Shown here piece by piece: positions 19,544 through 29,471 of a stretch of 64,000 bases of DNA. The stretch covers positions 11,251-75,250 of the forward strand of contig CAVSGR010000005.1 in assembly GCA_963727535.1 (NCBI GenBank), written 5' to 3'. This stretch comes from an uncultured Ignavibacteria bacterium (GTDB taxonomy: Bacteria > Bacteroidota > Ignavibacteria > Ignavibacteriales > Ignavibacteriaceae). The first letter of the stretch is position 1. Every line of letters starts with the position of its first letter. A program made the position numbers and the translations under genes. The notes beneath the pieces were generated by a model, which was given only the letters and a program-made list of their open reading frames with translations, was not told where the DNA came from and did not search any database.

Positions 19544-20077
19544 CTAACCTTTGAACAGAGGAATTTTTGATCCGCACATTTTCGCATTAATTACCTGTGC
19601 AAAATTCTCGGGACTTATTGAAGGTCCCTGGTTTGAGCATAACTCATCAAATACAGAGGTAAGAGTTTCAGCGATTTCTTTATGAGATCTTCCTTCGATT
19701 TCATATCTTGGCATAAAATAAATCAGTTCTCCGTTTTTAAATAAAGCAATACTCGGAGACGATGGGGGGAAATTTGTTACATATTGTCTTGCTTTATCAA
19801 CCGCGTCTCTTTCCATTCCTGCAAATACAGTATAAAGTCTATCCGGAATTGTTTTATTCTGAAGTGCAAGAGAAACTCCCGGTCTTGCACTGCCGGCAGC
19901 ACATCCGCAAACAGAATTGACCATTACCAAAACAGTTTTGTCATCTTTAACATTTATTGCTTTATCAACTTCCTCCTGTGTAAGCAGTTCGTCAAAACCA
20001 ACAGCAACAAGTTCATCTCTCATCGGCTGAACAGCTTGAGGATCATACATCGGGGGACGTGAAATAATATTTAACAT
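19544..20077 (-). CDS. BrxA/BrxB-type bacilliredoxin (DUF1094) with about 35-aa C-terminal extension
   Basis: PMRDELVAVGFDEL...VLVMVNSVCGCAAGSARPG carries the CGC redox motif typical of YphP/YqiW proteins. Confidence 0.8.
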   Translation of the reverse strand: MLNIISRPPMYDPQAVQPMRDELVAVGFDELLTQEEVDKAINVKDDKTVLVMVNSVCGCAAGSARPGVSLALQNKTIPDRLYTVFAGMERDAVDKARQYVTNFPPSSPSIALFKNGELIYFMPRYEIEGRSHKEIAETLTSVFDELCSNQGPSISPENFAQVINAKMCGSKIPLFKG

Positions 20078-20153
20078 ATCTACTCCTTTTTTATTATTAA
20101 TGATCTTATTTCAAAATTTTGGCTAAAGCCATGATTATTCTTTATTAACATTC

Positions 20154-20205
20154 CCCCGACATAAATGTCGGGGCTATTAAATTTCACTCTCCCATTTGGG
20201 GAGAG
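20154..20205. repeat. Two GC-rich hairpins inside the suf operon (REP-like family)
   Basis: CCCCGACA-TAAA-TGTCGGGG (20154-20173) and CTCTCCC-ATTTG-GGGAGAG (20187-20205). Confidence 0.6.
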
Positions 20206-20220
20206 ATGGAGAGGGGCTCT

Positions 20221-20541
20221 TCACATCATCCCTAATTCCAGTTTAGCAACATCGGACATCATATCTTTATCCCACGGGGGAGTCCATACTAACTGAATTT
20301 TAACATCATTTACTTCTGGTATATCTCTAATTCTGTATTCAACTTCTCCCGGCAATGAACCGGCAACAGGACAAGCAGGTGAAGTTAAAGTCATTTTAAC
20401 TTCAACATTTGCGTTATCATCAATTGCAATTTCATATATCAATCCAAGTTCAAAGATGTTGACCGGAATTTCCGGATCGTAACAATTTTTTAAAACTTCG
20501 ATTACTTTCTCTTCGATGACCTGTTTATTTACCTCAACCAT
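20221..20541 (-). CDS. sufT: SufT-like Fe-S assembly protein (DUF59/MIP18 family)
   Basis: DPEIPVNIFELGLIY...MTLTSPACP motif; 106 aa; located in the suf operon. Confidence 0.85.
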   Translation of the reverse strand: MVEVNKQVIEEKVIEVLKNCYDPEIPVNIFELGLIYEIAIDDNANVEVKMTLTSPACPVAGSLPGEVEYRIRDIPEVNDVKIQLVWTPPWDKDMMSDVAKLELGMM

Positions 20542-20550
20542 TTTTAATAA

Positions 20551-21009
20551 CTACTCTGTTGTAACAATTTTACTCTCATTTTTCAAAGCAGTAAGCATTG
20601 TATGCCATGCAAGGCTCGCACATTTAACTCTCATAGGAAATTCCTTTACACCAGAAAGTACAGCAAGCTTGCCGAGTTCTTCAATGCTTGTATTTTCATC
20701 AAGCTTACCTGTTATGAGATCATGAAATTTTTCAAATAACTTTTTTGCTTCATCGACAGTTTTACCTTTTATAATTGTGCTCATTAAAGAGGCAGATGCT
20801 TTTGATATTGCACAACCGGAGCCTTGAAAAGAAATGTCTTTCACAATATCATTTTCCACATCTAAAAAAATATCGATCTTGTCTCCGCACAAAGGATTGT
20901 AACCTTCTGCGGTTCTGTTTGCAGACTCAAGTTTCTTAAAGTTTCTCGGACTTTTATTGTGATCTAAAATCACTTCCTGATAAAGTTCTCTTAATTGAAG
21001 ATCGATCAT
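20551..21009 (-). CDS. sufU: SufU/IscU-like sulfur-acceptor scaffold
   Basis: NPLCGD, GSGCAISKASAS and C-terminal KCASLAW motifs. Confidence 0.88.
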   Translation of the reverse strand: MIDLQLRELYQEVILDHNKSPRNFKKLESANRTAEGYNPLCGDKIDIFLDVENDIVKDISFQGSGCAISKASASLMSTIIKGKTVDEAKKLFEKFHDLITGKLDENTSIEELGKLAVLSGVKEFPMRVKCASLAWHTMLTALKNESKIVTTE

Positions 21010-22265
21010 TAAAAAACCTCAACTATTTTTTTTAATGAATCTACAAGTGTATCAACTTCTTTGGTTGTATTGTAGAGGCCAAAAGAGGCTCTCGATGTTG
21101 CGGGAATATTATACCTTTCCATTACAGGTTGTGTGCAATGATGACCTGTTCTTACAGCGACACCTTCAAAATCTAAAAAGGTTCCAACATCATGGGGATG
21201 AATATTATCAAACACAAAAGAAATAACTGCTGACTTTTGTTTTGCCGTACCGATTATTTTTAATCCAGGAACTTCTTTTAATCTTTGTGTTGCATAATCA
21301 AGTAAAGAGGTTTCGTGAACAGAAATTTTTTCCATTCCGATTGAAGTAATGTAATCTATTGCTGAACCGAGACCGATAGCATCGGCAATGTTTGATGTGC
21401 CTGCTTCGAATTTATATGGCAATTCATTAAAGGTTGTTTCTTCGAAAGTAACTTTTGCAATCATATCGCCGCCGCCCATAAATGGGGGCATCGATCCCAA
21501 AATCTTTTCCTTTCCATAAAGAACACCAATTCCGGTTGGACCGTAAAGTTTATGTCCTGAAAAAGCTAAGAAGTCACAATCAAGTTCTTGAACATTAACA
21601 GTTTTATGATTAACTGTTTGAGCAGCATCGAGTAAAACCGGAATATCATATTTACGTGCAATTTCAATAATATCCCTAACAGGATTAATTGTCCCGAGCG
21701 AATTCGATATATAAACAACAGAAACTAATTTTGTTTTGTCTGATATAAGCTTAACAAATTCATCTAAAATAATTTCTCCATTATCATCAATAGGAATAAT
21801 CTTCAGTTTGGCTTTCTTTTCATTACAGATAAGCTGCCATGGAACTATGTTTGAATGATGTTCCATATTTGAGATAATTATTTCATCTCCTTCTTTAATA
21901 TTACTTCTACCAAAAGAATTTGAAACAAGATTAATACTTTCAGTAGTGCCTCTTGTAAAGATTATCTCTTTCTCGCTCGCAGCATTAATAAAATTCTTTA
22001 TTTTTATTCTTGCCTCTTCGAAAGCATCAGTTGCAACTCCGCTCAAATAATGTACACCTCTGTGAATATTTGAATTCATCGAAGTGTAATATTTATTCAA
22101 TGTATCAATAACCTGCTTAGGCTTTTGAGTTGTTGCGGCATTGTCAAAATAAACTAGAGGCTTATTTCTTACTTTTGTCTTAAGAATTGGAAAATCCTCA
22201 CGAATTTTATAGACGTCGTAAATTTTATTTATTTCCTGCACAACAGGTTCCGGTTTAACTATCAT
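21009..22265 (-). CDS. sufS: Cysteine desulfurase, SufS type (class V aminotransferase, group II)
   Basis: PLP region SGHKLYGPTGIGVLYG and active-site RTGHHCTQP. Confidence 0.92.
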   Translation of the reverse strand: MIVKPEPVVQEINKIYDVYKIREDFPILKTKVRNKPLVYFDNAATTQKPKQVIDTLNKYYTSMNSNIHRGVHYLSGVATDAFEEARIKIKNFINAASEKEIIFTRGTTESINLVSNSFGRSNIKEGDEIIISNMEHHSNIVPWQLICNEKKAKLKIIPIDDNGEIILDEFVKLISDKTKLVSVVYISNSLGTINPVRDIIEIARKYDIPVLLDAAQTVNHKTVNVQELDCDFLAFSGHKLYGPTGIGVLYGKEKILGSMPPFMGGGDMIAKVTFEETTFNELPYKFEAGTSNIADAIGLGSAIDYITSIGMEKISVHETSLLDYATQRLKEVPGLKIIGTAKQKSAVISFVFDNIHPHDVGTFLDFEGVAVRTGHHCTQPVMERYNIPATSRASFGLYNTTKEVDTLVDSLKKIVEVF

Positions 22266-23600
22266 TTATTTTTTTTCTTCTGTCGGGTTAAATTTTTCGT
22301 TCAATATATCTTCAATGTAATTTTTTACTGCGTCAACTTTTACTGACTTGAATAACATCACTTGCAAAAGCATGAATGAGAATTGTACGTGCGGTCTCTT
22401 CTCCGATCCCTCTCGATTTAAGATAGAACATCGCTTCTTTATCAAGTTGTCCAATTGTTGCGCCGTGAGAACATTTAACATCGTCGGCAAAAATTTCAAG
22501 CTGTGGTTTTGTGTTTATCAAGAGCTTCTTTTGAAAGAATAATATTATTGTTTTCCTGGAAAGCATTTGTTTTTTGAGCATCCTGTCTTACGATTACCTT
22601 GCCGTTAAAAACTCCGCGGGAAGCATCATTCAAAATTCCTTTATAATGTTCGTGGCTGTTGCAATGCGGTTTTGCATGATCTATTAAAGTATGAACATCG
22701 AATAACTGAGTTCCTTCTGTAAGGAATAAACCGTTAAGCATACATTCTCCACCTTCATCATTAAACTTGGAATTGAATTCATTTCTTGTCAGAGATGCCC
22801 CAAGAGAAATAAAATGAGAAGAAAAATTGCTTGTTCTTTCCTGGTCAACTTCCATTCTTCCAATATGAAATGCAGATTTACTTTCTTCCTGCAATTTTAT
22901 GTGATCTACAATTGCATTCTCACCCACAACTATTTCTGTTACGGTATTTGTGAAATAAATACCCGAATCGATATTTACAAAGTGTTCTATAATTGTCGCC
23001 TGTGAATTCTTTTCTGCTACAAAGAGATTTCTCGGCTGAATTAAAAGTTTTTCTTTTCCTGAATCAGTAATAAAGAGAATATGAATCGGCTGTTCGACAA
23101 TTTTTCCTTCAGGAATATGAATAAGTACGCCATCTTTTGTAAAAGCAGTACTGAGAGAAGTAAAAATGTGAGTTGTAAAATCCGCATATTTGCCTAAGTG
23201 TTCTTTAACTAAATGGAGAATCTGAAGAGATTGCTTTTGCAATACTGCTTACTTCAACTCCCTTTGGAATGTTTTTAAAAGTTGTCAATTCATCCGAATA
23301 GAATCCATTAACAACCACAACCACATTTGAATCAAGATCTTCGAAAAGAAAATTCTTAACCTGTTCTTTCGTTAATTCTTTTTTCTTTAAGCCGGGTGTA
23401 AAATTATGTTCAAGAAGAGGAGCGATACTTGTGTATTTCCACTCTTCATCTTTTGTAGTAGGGAAATTAAGCTCAGAAAATTTGCCGAAGGCTGCTTTTC
23501 TCAAACCACTGATTGAAGAAATCCTGTCTCCATTCAGACTATTCTCAAATAACTCGTAACTTTTCAGATATTGATTTTTTATATCTTTTAATTCACTCAT
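22266..23600 (-). pseudogene. sufD: sufD broken into four frames (three frame disruptions)
   Basis: The pieces 23600-23205, 23242-22496, 22581-22333 and the tail of 22499-22266 together read as a complete SufD, including PQLEIFADDVKCSHGATIGQLD. Junctions are near 23205-23216, 22515-22525 and 22341-22350. Confidence 0.85.
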
Positions 23601-23623
23601 TGAAATTTATTCTCCATCAACAA

Positions 23624-24388
23624 TTAGTTTGTTACCAGTTCGTTCTTATCTTCTTTAAGCCAGTCATAACCTTTGTCTTCAAGTTCAAGAGCTAATTCCT
23701 TACCGCCTGATTTAACTATTTTTCCATTATATAAAACGTGAACGAAATCAGGAATGATGTAATTCAAAAGACGTTGATAATGTGTAACAACAATAACAGA
23801 ATTTTCTTTTGATTTGAGTGCATTCACTCCATTTGCTACAATTTTTAGTGCATCAATATCAAGCCCGGAATCAGTTTCATCAAGAATAGCAAGTTTAGGT
23901 TCAAGCACTGCCATCTGGAATATTTCATTTCTCTTTTTTTCACCTCCGGAAAATCCTTCATTAACGGAACGGCTTAACAAACGCTGGTCAAGTTCAACAA
24001 GTTTGGTTTTTTCTTTTATGAGAGAAAGAAATTCCATCGCGTCAACTTGTTCCAGACCTCTATATTTTCTTATTTCATTTAAAGCAGTTTTTAGAAGATT
24101 CGTATTACTAACACCCGGTAATTCGATAGGATATTGAAATGCAAGGAACAAACCTTCTCTGGCTCTGTCTTCGGGAGATAATTCAAGAAGATTTTTACCA
24201 TTATAAGTTACTTCGCCTTTTGTAACTTGGTACTCTTCATGTCCCGCAAGAACCTGGGCAAGCGTACTTTTACCGGAACCGTTAGGTCCCATTATGGCAT
24301 GAACTTCTCCAGCATTAACTTTTAGGTTGATGCCTTTTAATATTTCTTTGCTTTCTATATTAGCGTGCAGGTTTTTAATTTCTAACAT
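23624..24388 (-). CDS. sufC: Fe-S cluster assembly ATPase SufC
   Basis: GPNGSGKSTL, FSGGEKKRNEI, LAILDETDSGLD. Confidence 0.95.
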   Translation of the reverse strand: MLEIKNLHANIESKEILKGINLKVNAGEVHAIMGPNGSGKSTLAQVLAGHEEYQVTKGEVTYNGKNLLELSPEDRAREGLFLAFQYPIELPGVSNTNLLKTALNEIRKYRGLEQVDAMEFLSLIKEKTKLVELDQRLLSRSVNEGFSGGEKKRNEIFQMAVLEPKLAILDETDSGLDIDALKIVANGVNALKSKENSVIVVTHYQRLLNYIIPDFVHVLYNGKIVKSGGKELALELEDKGYDWLKEDKNELVTN

Positions 24389-24398
24389 TATCTTTCCT

Positions 24399-24731
24399 TC
24401 ATTCTAAGTTTGTCTTTAATTCATAAACCTCATGCGGTTTGATTATAGATATTCTTTCTAAAATCTTGCTCATAAGAGGTTTGATAAATTCAATTTTTGT
24501 TCTAAAAATATCTAACACTATAATTCCTATAGGAAACTTTTTTATATTTTGTTGATGTTTTAGATGTTTATCAACTGTGATAAAAATTTCAAATCCATTT
24601 TCAACAGCAAGTTCTAATAATTCTCCATTCTTTTTTCCAAGCCAATTCATATCATTTACCGTAAATACCTCGTGGCTCGTAAATTCTTTTTTCAGTTCAA
24701 CAGGAAGAGATTCATCTATCAGAATTTTCAT
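24399..24731 (-). CDS. DUF5615/COG4634 PIN-like protein (putative toxin)
   Basis: MKILIDESLP...GKKNGELLELA..NGFEIFITVDK pattern. Overlaps the upstream gene by 1 nt. Confidence 0.75.
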   Translation of the reverse strand: MKILIDESLPVELKKEFTSHEVFTVNDMNWLGKKNGELLELAVENGFEIFITVDKHLKHQQNIKKFPIGIIVLDIFRTKIEFIKPLMSKILERISIIKPHEVYELKTNLE

Positions 24732-24949
24732 TAAACCGATTCTTCGGGAGAGATTAGTTTCTCTGCCTTTTCTAATAATTGAACTACGAACTCTCTTTTA
24801 ACAGATGGGAAATCTTTTAAGAAGGATTCTATTGATTCTCCCGTTTCCAAATAATCAAAGAGGTTTTTAACTGGAACTCTTGTCCCCTTGAAAACAGGGG
24901 TTCCACTTAAAATTTCTTTGTCTACATTAATTATATCATTTGTTTTCAA
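24731..24949 (-). CDS. DUF433/COG2442 protein (putative antitoxin)
   Basis: ILSGTPVFKGTRVPVKNLFDYLETGESIESFLKDFPSV is the DUF433 core pattern. Confidence 0.8.
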   Translation of the reverse strand: MKTNDIINVDKEILSGTPVFKGTRVPVKNLFDYLETGESIESFLKDFPSVKREFVVQLLEKAEKLISPEESV

Positions 24950-24967
24950 GATTTATTCCTTAATAAA

Positions 24968-26425
24968 TTATCCAACACTTCCTTCAAGACTAATGCTTAA
25001 AAGCTTTGTCGCTTCAACTGCAAATTCCATTGGAAGTTCTTTAAATACTTCTTTACAATAACCATTAACAATTAATCCAATTGCATCTTCGGTTGAAATT
25101 CCTCTTTGATTGAGATAGAAAATCTGGTCTTCTCCAATTTTAGAAGTTGTCGCTTCATGTTCTATTTGTGCAGTCGGATTATTTATTTCCAGATATGGGA
25201 ATGTGTGAGCACCGCATTTATCTCCAATTAAGAGAGAATCACATTGTGAAAAATTTCTCGCACCATCTGCGCGTTTTTGAATCCTAACCAAACCACGGTA
25301 ACTGTTATTGCTTTGTCCGGCAGAAATCCCTTTTGATATAATTGTACTTCTTGTATTTTTCCCAAGGTGTATCATCTTTGTGCCTGTATCGGCTTGCTGC
25401 ATATGGTTTGTCATCGCAACCGAATAAAACTCTCCAGTGGAATTATCTCCCTGCAAAATGCAACTTGGGTATTTCCATGTAATTGCGGAACCGGTTTCTA
25501 CCTGTGTCCACGAAATTTTTGAATTAATTCCTCTGCAGGCGCCTCTTTTAGTAACAAAGTTGTATATGCCGCCTTTACCTTCTTTATCACCAGCATACCA
25601 GTTTTGAATTGTTGAATATTTTATTTGCGCATTATCAAGAGCAACCAATTCAACTACTGCAGCGTGAAGTTGATTCTCATCTCTCATAGGGGCAGTACAT
25701 CCTTCAAGATAACTTACATAAGCACCTTCATCAGCAATTATTAGTGTCCTTTCAAACTGTCCGGTGTTTGCGGCATTAATTCTGAAATAAGTTGAAAGTT
25801 CCATTGGGCAACGGACGCCCTTTGGTATGTATACAAAAGAGCCATCGCTGAATACTGCTGCATTAAGAGAAGCAAAGAAGTTATCAGTATAGGGAACAAC
25901 ACTTCCAAGATATTTTTTTACAAGATCGGGATGATTTTTAATTGCTTCACTCATTGAACAAAATACTATTCCCATCTCAGAAAGAGTTTCTTTAAAAGTT
26001 GTTGCAACGGAAACACTATCAAAAACGGCGTCAACAGCAACGCCTGAAAGTCTTTTCTGTTCATCTAAAGAAATACCCAGTTTCTCAAATGTGCTTATTA
26101 ATTCCGGATCGACTTCTTTTGCTTCTTCGAGGCTATTGAATTGTCTTTTCTTTTTGGGAGCCGAGTAGTATGAGATAGACTGATAATCAATAGGATTGTA
26201 TTTTACATTAGACCAATGAGGTTCTTTCATCATTAGCCAATGCTTATAAGCTTTCAGTCTCCACTCAAGCATCCATTCCGGCTCGCCTTTTATTTTGGAA
26301 AGTTGTTCTATTACATTCTCATTCAAACCATTTGGAAGGCTCTCTGATTCTATATCAGTAACGAATCCGTACTTATATTCTTTGTTGGCTATTTCTTCAA
26401 TCGTCTTAACTTCAGTAGTGCTCAT
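24968..26425 (-). CDS. sufB: Fe-S cluster assembly scaffold SufB
   Basis: Highly conserved SufB sequence throughout (…[19 protein letters not shown]…). Start set at MSTTEV (Met24 of the listed ORF). Confidence 0.95.
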   Translation of the reverse strand: MSTTEVKTIEEIANKEYKYGFVTDIESESLPNGLNENVIEQLSKIKGEPEWMLEWRLKAYKHWLMMKEPHWSNVKYNPIDYQSISYYSAPKKKRQFNSLEEAKEVDPELISTFEKLGISLDEQKRLSGVAVDAVFDSVSVATTFKETLSEMGIVFCSMSEAIKNHPDLVKKYLGSVVPYTDNFFASLNAAVFSDGSFVYIPKGVRCPMELSTYFRINAANTGQFERTLIIADEGAYVSYLEGCTAPMRDENQLHAAVVELVALDNAQIKYSTIQNWYAGDKEGKGGIYNFVTKRGACRGINSKISWTQVETGSAITWKYPSCILQGDNSTGEFYSVAMTNHMQQADTGTKMIHLGKNTRSTIISKGISAGQSNNSYRGLVRIQKRADGARNFSQCDSLLIGDKCGAHTFPYLEINNPTAQIEHEATTSKIGEDQIFYLNQRGISTEDAIGLIVNGYCKEVFKELPMEFAVEATKLLSISLEGSVG

Positions 26426-26577
26426 TTTATCTCCAATGTGCTCAATTTCATTATTTTCATACCTAAACCTATGGAATCTGTACAAAATAGTCAAGATTAA
26501 AATGGGCGCAAAATCCTTAAATCTGATAGATAATCAGAATTAGAATTAAAACCCCAAAGTATTAGAACGTTATACAA

Positions 26578-27876
26578 TCAATAAATAAAATTTTTAATCT
26601 CTAGCGATGAAGGATTTCCAATCAATACATACTGCAGGTTTTTAATATATTCTTTAGTGACTTTTTGAATATCTTCCGGGGAAACCTTTTTAACAAAATT
26701 TAAATATTTATCTGCATTTGCATATCCGGAACCTGAAAGCTCATATCTTGCAAGCAAACCGGCTTGCTGAGCAAATGTTTCATTTCTCATATAATATCCT
26801 GTTGCAAAAGTATTAACCTTATTTGCAAGCTCCTGTGCAGATATAGGGTCTTCCTTTATTTTATTAAGCTCATTCAACATAATGTTTATTGTTGAGTCTG
26901 GATATACGGTGGTAACATAAATTGCGCCGCTGTTTGAAAAGCTGCCATTTGTCCACGCTGAGGGGGCATAAGATAATGATCTTTTTGTCCTAACTTCTTC
27001 AAATAATCTATCTCGTAAGATCGAAGTTGCAACAGCCATTGAATAATAATCATCCGATGCAAAAGATGGTGCGGGAAAAACGCCTTCCATATAAACTGTC
27101 GGCAACTCTCTATCTACCAGCTTTAAAGTTGTTTCACTATGCTCAACCGGTGGTAATTGAGGTTGCGTAAAATTTCCTGTCGGAATATTTCCAAAAGATT
27201 CTTTAACTATATTTTCGATTTCTGCTTTTGAAATATTTCCCACAACTACTAATAACATTCCTGATGTTTGCAGACGGTTTTTATAATATTCTTTAATCTG
27301 TTTCTGCGAAAAGGAATTGAGTGTTGCTTCATTTCCGTAAACTTCAACTCTGTAGGGATGATTATTATAAAAAGCATCAGCTACTAAATGATTTAAGTAA
27401 CTATCTGGATTATCCTGCCCCTGTTTTACGGCATTAATTTGTTGTTCTTTTTCAAGCTGAAAATCTTCATTTGTAAAAGATGGATTGGCTATAACATCTG
27501 AAAATATTTTCCATGAGTCACCAAAATATTGTTTTACACAAAGAAGATTTATACTTGAATAATCTAATCCGGATGAAGCAGAAAGTTGAGAATTCATACT
27601 TTCCAATTTTGAACTCAAGATGTCTCTTGAATAACTTTTAGAAGCATCGGTTGCTATTTGAAGAGTTAAAGCTTCTAATCCGGCTCTTTCAGGGTCAAGA
27701 AGAGCAACTCCTCCCTTGAAATACATTTGTGCAGCAATAATATCTGTTGATGTATTTTGTTTGAATATTACTTTTAACCCATTAACAGTGAATGATTCTG
27801 TTTGTTGGGCAAAACCCGATTGTATTGTTAAAATTATAATACAAGAAAAGAGAATTTTATTAATTTTCTGTAACAT
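26578..27876 (-). CDS. M16-family peptidase, non-catalytic-type subunit (no HxxEH)
   Basis: Signal peptide plus pitrilysin-like two-domain layout. Paired with the upstream catalytic subunit. Confidence 0.8.
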   Translation of the reverse strand: MLQKINKILFSCIIILTIQSGFAQQTESFTVNGLKVIFKQNTSTDIIAAQMYFKGGVALLDPERAGLEALTLQIATDASKSYSRDILSSKLESMNSQLSASSGLDYSSINLLCVKQYFGDSWKIFSDVIANPSFTNEDFQLEKEQQINAVKQGQDNPDSYLNHLVADAFYNNHPYRVEVYGNEATLNSFSQKQIKEYYKNRLQTSGMLLVVVGNISKAEIENIVKESFGNIPTGNFTQPQLPPVEHSETTLKLVDRELPTVYMEGVFPAPSFASDDYYSMAVATSILRDRLFEEVRTKRSLSYAPSAWTNGSFSNSGAIYVTTVYPDSTINIMLNELNKIKEDPISAQELANKVNTFATGYYMRNETFAQQAGLLARYELSGSGYANADKYLNFVKKVSPEDIQKVTKEYIKNLQYVLIGNPSSLEIKNFIY

Positions 27877-29242
27877 TTTTCAACTCTCCTTTTGGAATTT
27901 TAATTGCAAGCTCTACTTTTTCTTTTTCTTCCGGCGAAGTTAAAACGCCCATTACATAAGATTTGTCTATAACATATTTTTTCAGATAATCCTGTATGTC
28001 TTTTCGTGTAACCTTTTTAAGATTATCTACATAGTTTAAGTAATAATCCAAACCAGCAACACCCCACCAGAATCCAACAGTATGCACGAATTGGCTTGGC
28101 TGCTGTCTTCCATATTGCTCATTTATTGCAAGAATAGTTTTTGCGTTTTCAAGTTGTTCGTCAGAAAAGTAGTCATCCTTTAACATATTATTTAATTCAT
28201 TAAAAAAAGCCTTCTGGAAATCATCAAATTTATCTCCTGAAGTTTGAGCAAATAAGGAAATTGGTCCTGTGTGATTTAATGTATAATAACCGAAGCTTGC
28301 AGAGAAGGCTAAGCCACTTTCAACAAGATCTTTTTGAAATTTAGAAGTTTTTTGACCAAGTATATATGATAACACATCTGCTGCATAAGTAGCTTTTGTA
28401 TCTTCTTTAACAGATGGTCCCTGCCACTCATAATACACAGTTGTAGACTTTACTGGCTTTACAACTATTACAGCTTCAGTTTTTTGAATTGGCGGATGTT
28501 GAGGGATAGGGAATTCTTTAAAGGGATCCGGACCTTTTTCCCAACCAGCAAAATATTTTTTTGCGAGATTGAAGCCTTCTTCAGGAGTAATATCTCCAGC
28601 TAAAATAAGCGCTGCGTTGTTAGGAATATAATATCTATGTTGAATGGTGTGCATTTTTTCTGGTGTTGTAGTTAGAATAATATTCCTGTCGCCAATAACA
28701 TTTTTTCTACTGTAATATTTCCACCACACTTTTTTATTTACGGCAGTACTTAACTGAAAAAACGGGTTTGCTTCATTTCTATCATATTCTCCTGTTACAA
28801 CAGGTCTTTCTTTAACTAATTCTTCTTCTTTAAATAAAGGAGAAGTAATTGCATCATACATAAACTGCATTCCAGGTTCAATACTATCCTTTTGAAGAGT
28901 AATAAAATAATTTACTCTTTCTTCACTTGTTGAACCGTTCCAAACCGCTCCAAGCTCACGTAGTCTTTCCATATATTTTTCCTGGCTTGGAATCTCTTTA
29001 TTTGCTTTAAAGAACATATGTTCATACAAATGCGAAAGTCCGTCATATTCCGGTGCTTCTGTATACGCTCCGTTCTTTACATCGAACTCTATTGTTACGA
29101 GGGGTACTACCGGGTTGTGGATTACAATAACATCCATTCCGTTATCCAAAGTTTCCTTTGTAATCCCATACTTTTGTCCAAACAATAAAGAAGTAAAGAC
29201 AAAGCAGAACAGGATTAAAAAAAGCCTGCTTCCTTTAAGCAT
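27860..29242 (-). CDS. M16-family zinc peptidase (insulinase-like), catalytic subunit
   Basis: HLYEH (HxxEH) zinc motif and a downstream E-rich region. Confidence 0.85.
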   Translation of the reverse strand: MLKGSRLFLILFCFVFTSLLFGQKYGITKETLDNGMDVIVIHNPVVPLVTIEFDVKNGAYTEAPEYDGLSHLYEHMFFKANKEIPSQEKYMERLRELGAVWNGSTSEERVNYFITLQKDSIEPGMQFMYDAITSPLFKEEELVKERPVVTGEYDRNEANPFFQLSTAVNKKVWWKYYSRKNVIGDRNIILTTTPEKMHTIQHRYYIPNNAALILAGDITPEEGFNLAKKYFAGWEKGPDPFKEFPIPQHPPIQKTEAVIVVKPVKSTTVYYEWQGPSVKEDTKATYAADVLSYILGQKTSKFQKDLVESGLAFSASFGYYTLNHTGPISLFAQTSGDKFDDFQKAFFNELNNMLKDDYFSDEQLENAKTILAINEQYGRQQPSQFVHTVGFWWGVAGLDYYLNYVDNLKKVTRKDIQDYLKKYVIDKSYVMGVLTSPEEKEKVELAIKIPKGELKNVTEN

Positions 29243-29471
29243 TATTCCTCCTAAAATATTTTTTTTCGTTTTTAATAACTGGAATAAAAGTTAATATTTA
29301 TCAAAAGAAAAGACAATTGATAATTATTGGAACAAATTTTTTTAAGAACTATCTATTATCAGGCTCTTTTTGTTCTGCTATTACTACCTTTGAGTCTAAG
29401 TTTAATTGTTTTTCAGGGATAATTGGATTAATTTTGATTTAGCTAATCATTAAATATGGATATGTAGATAA

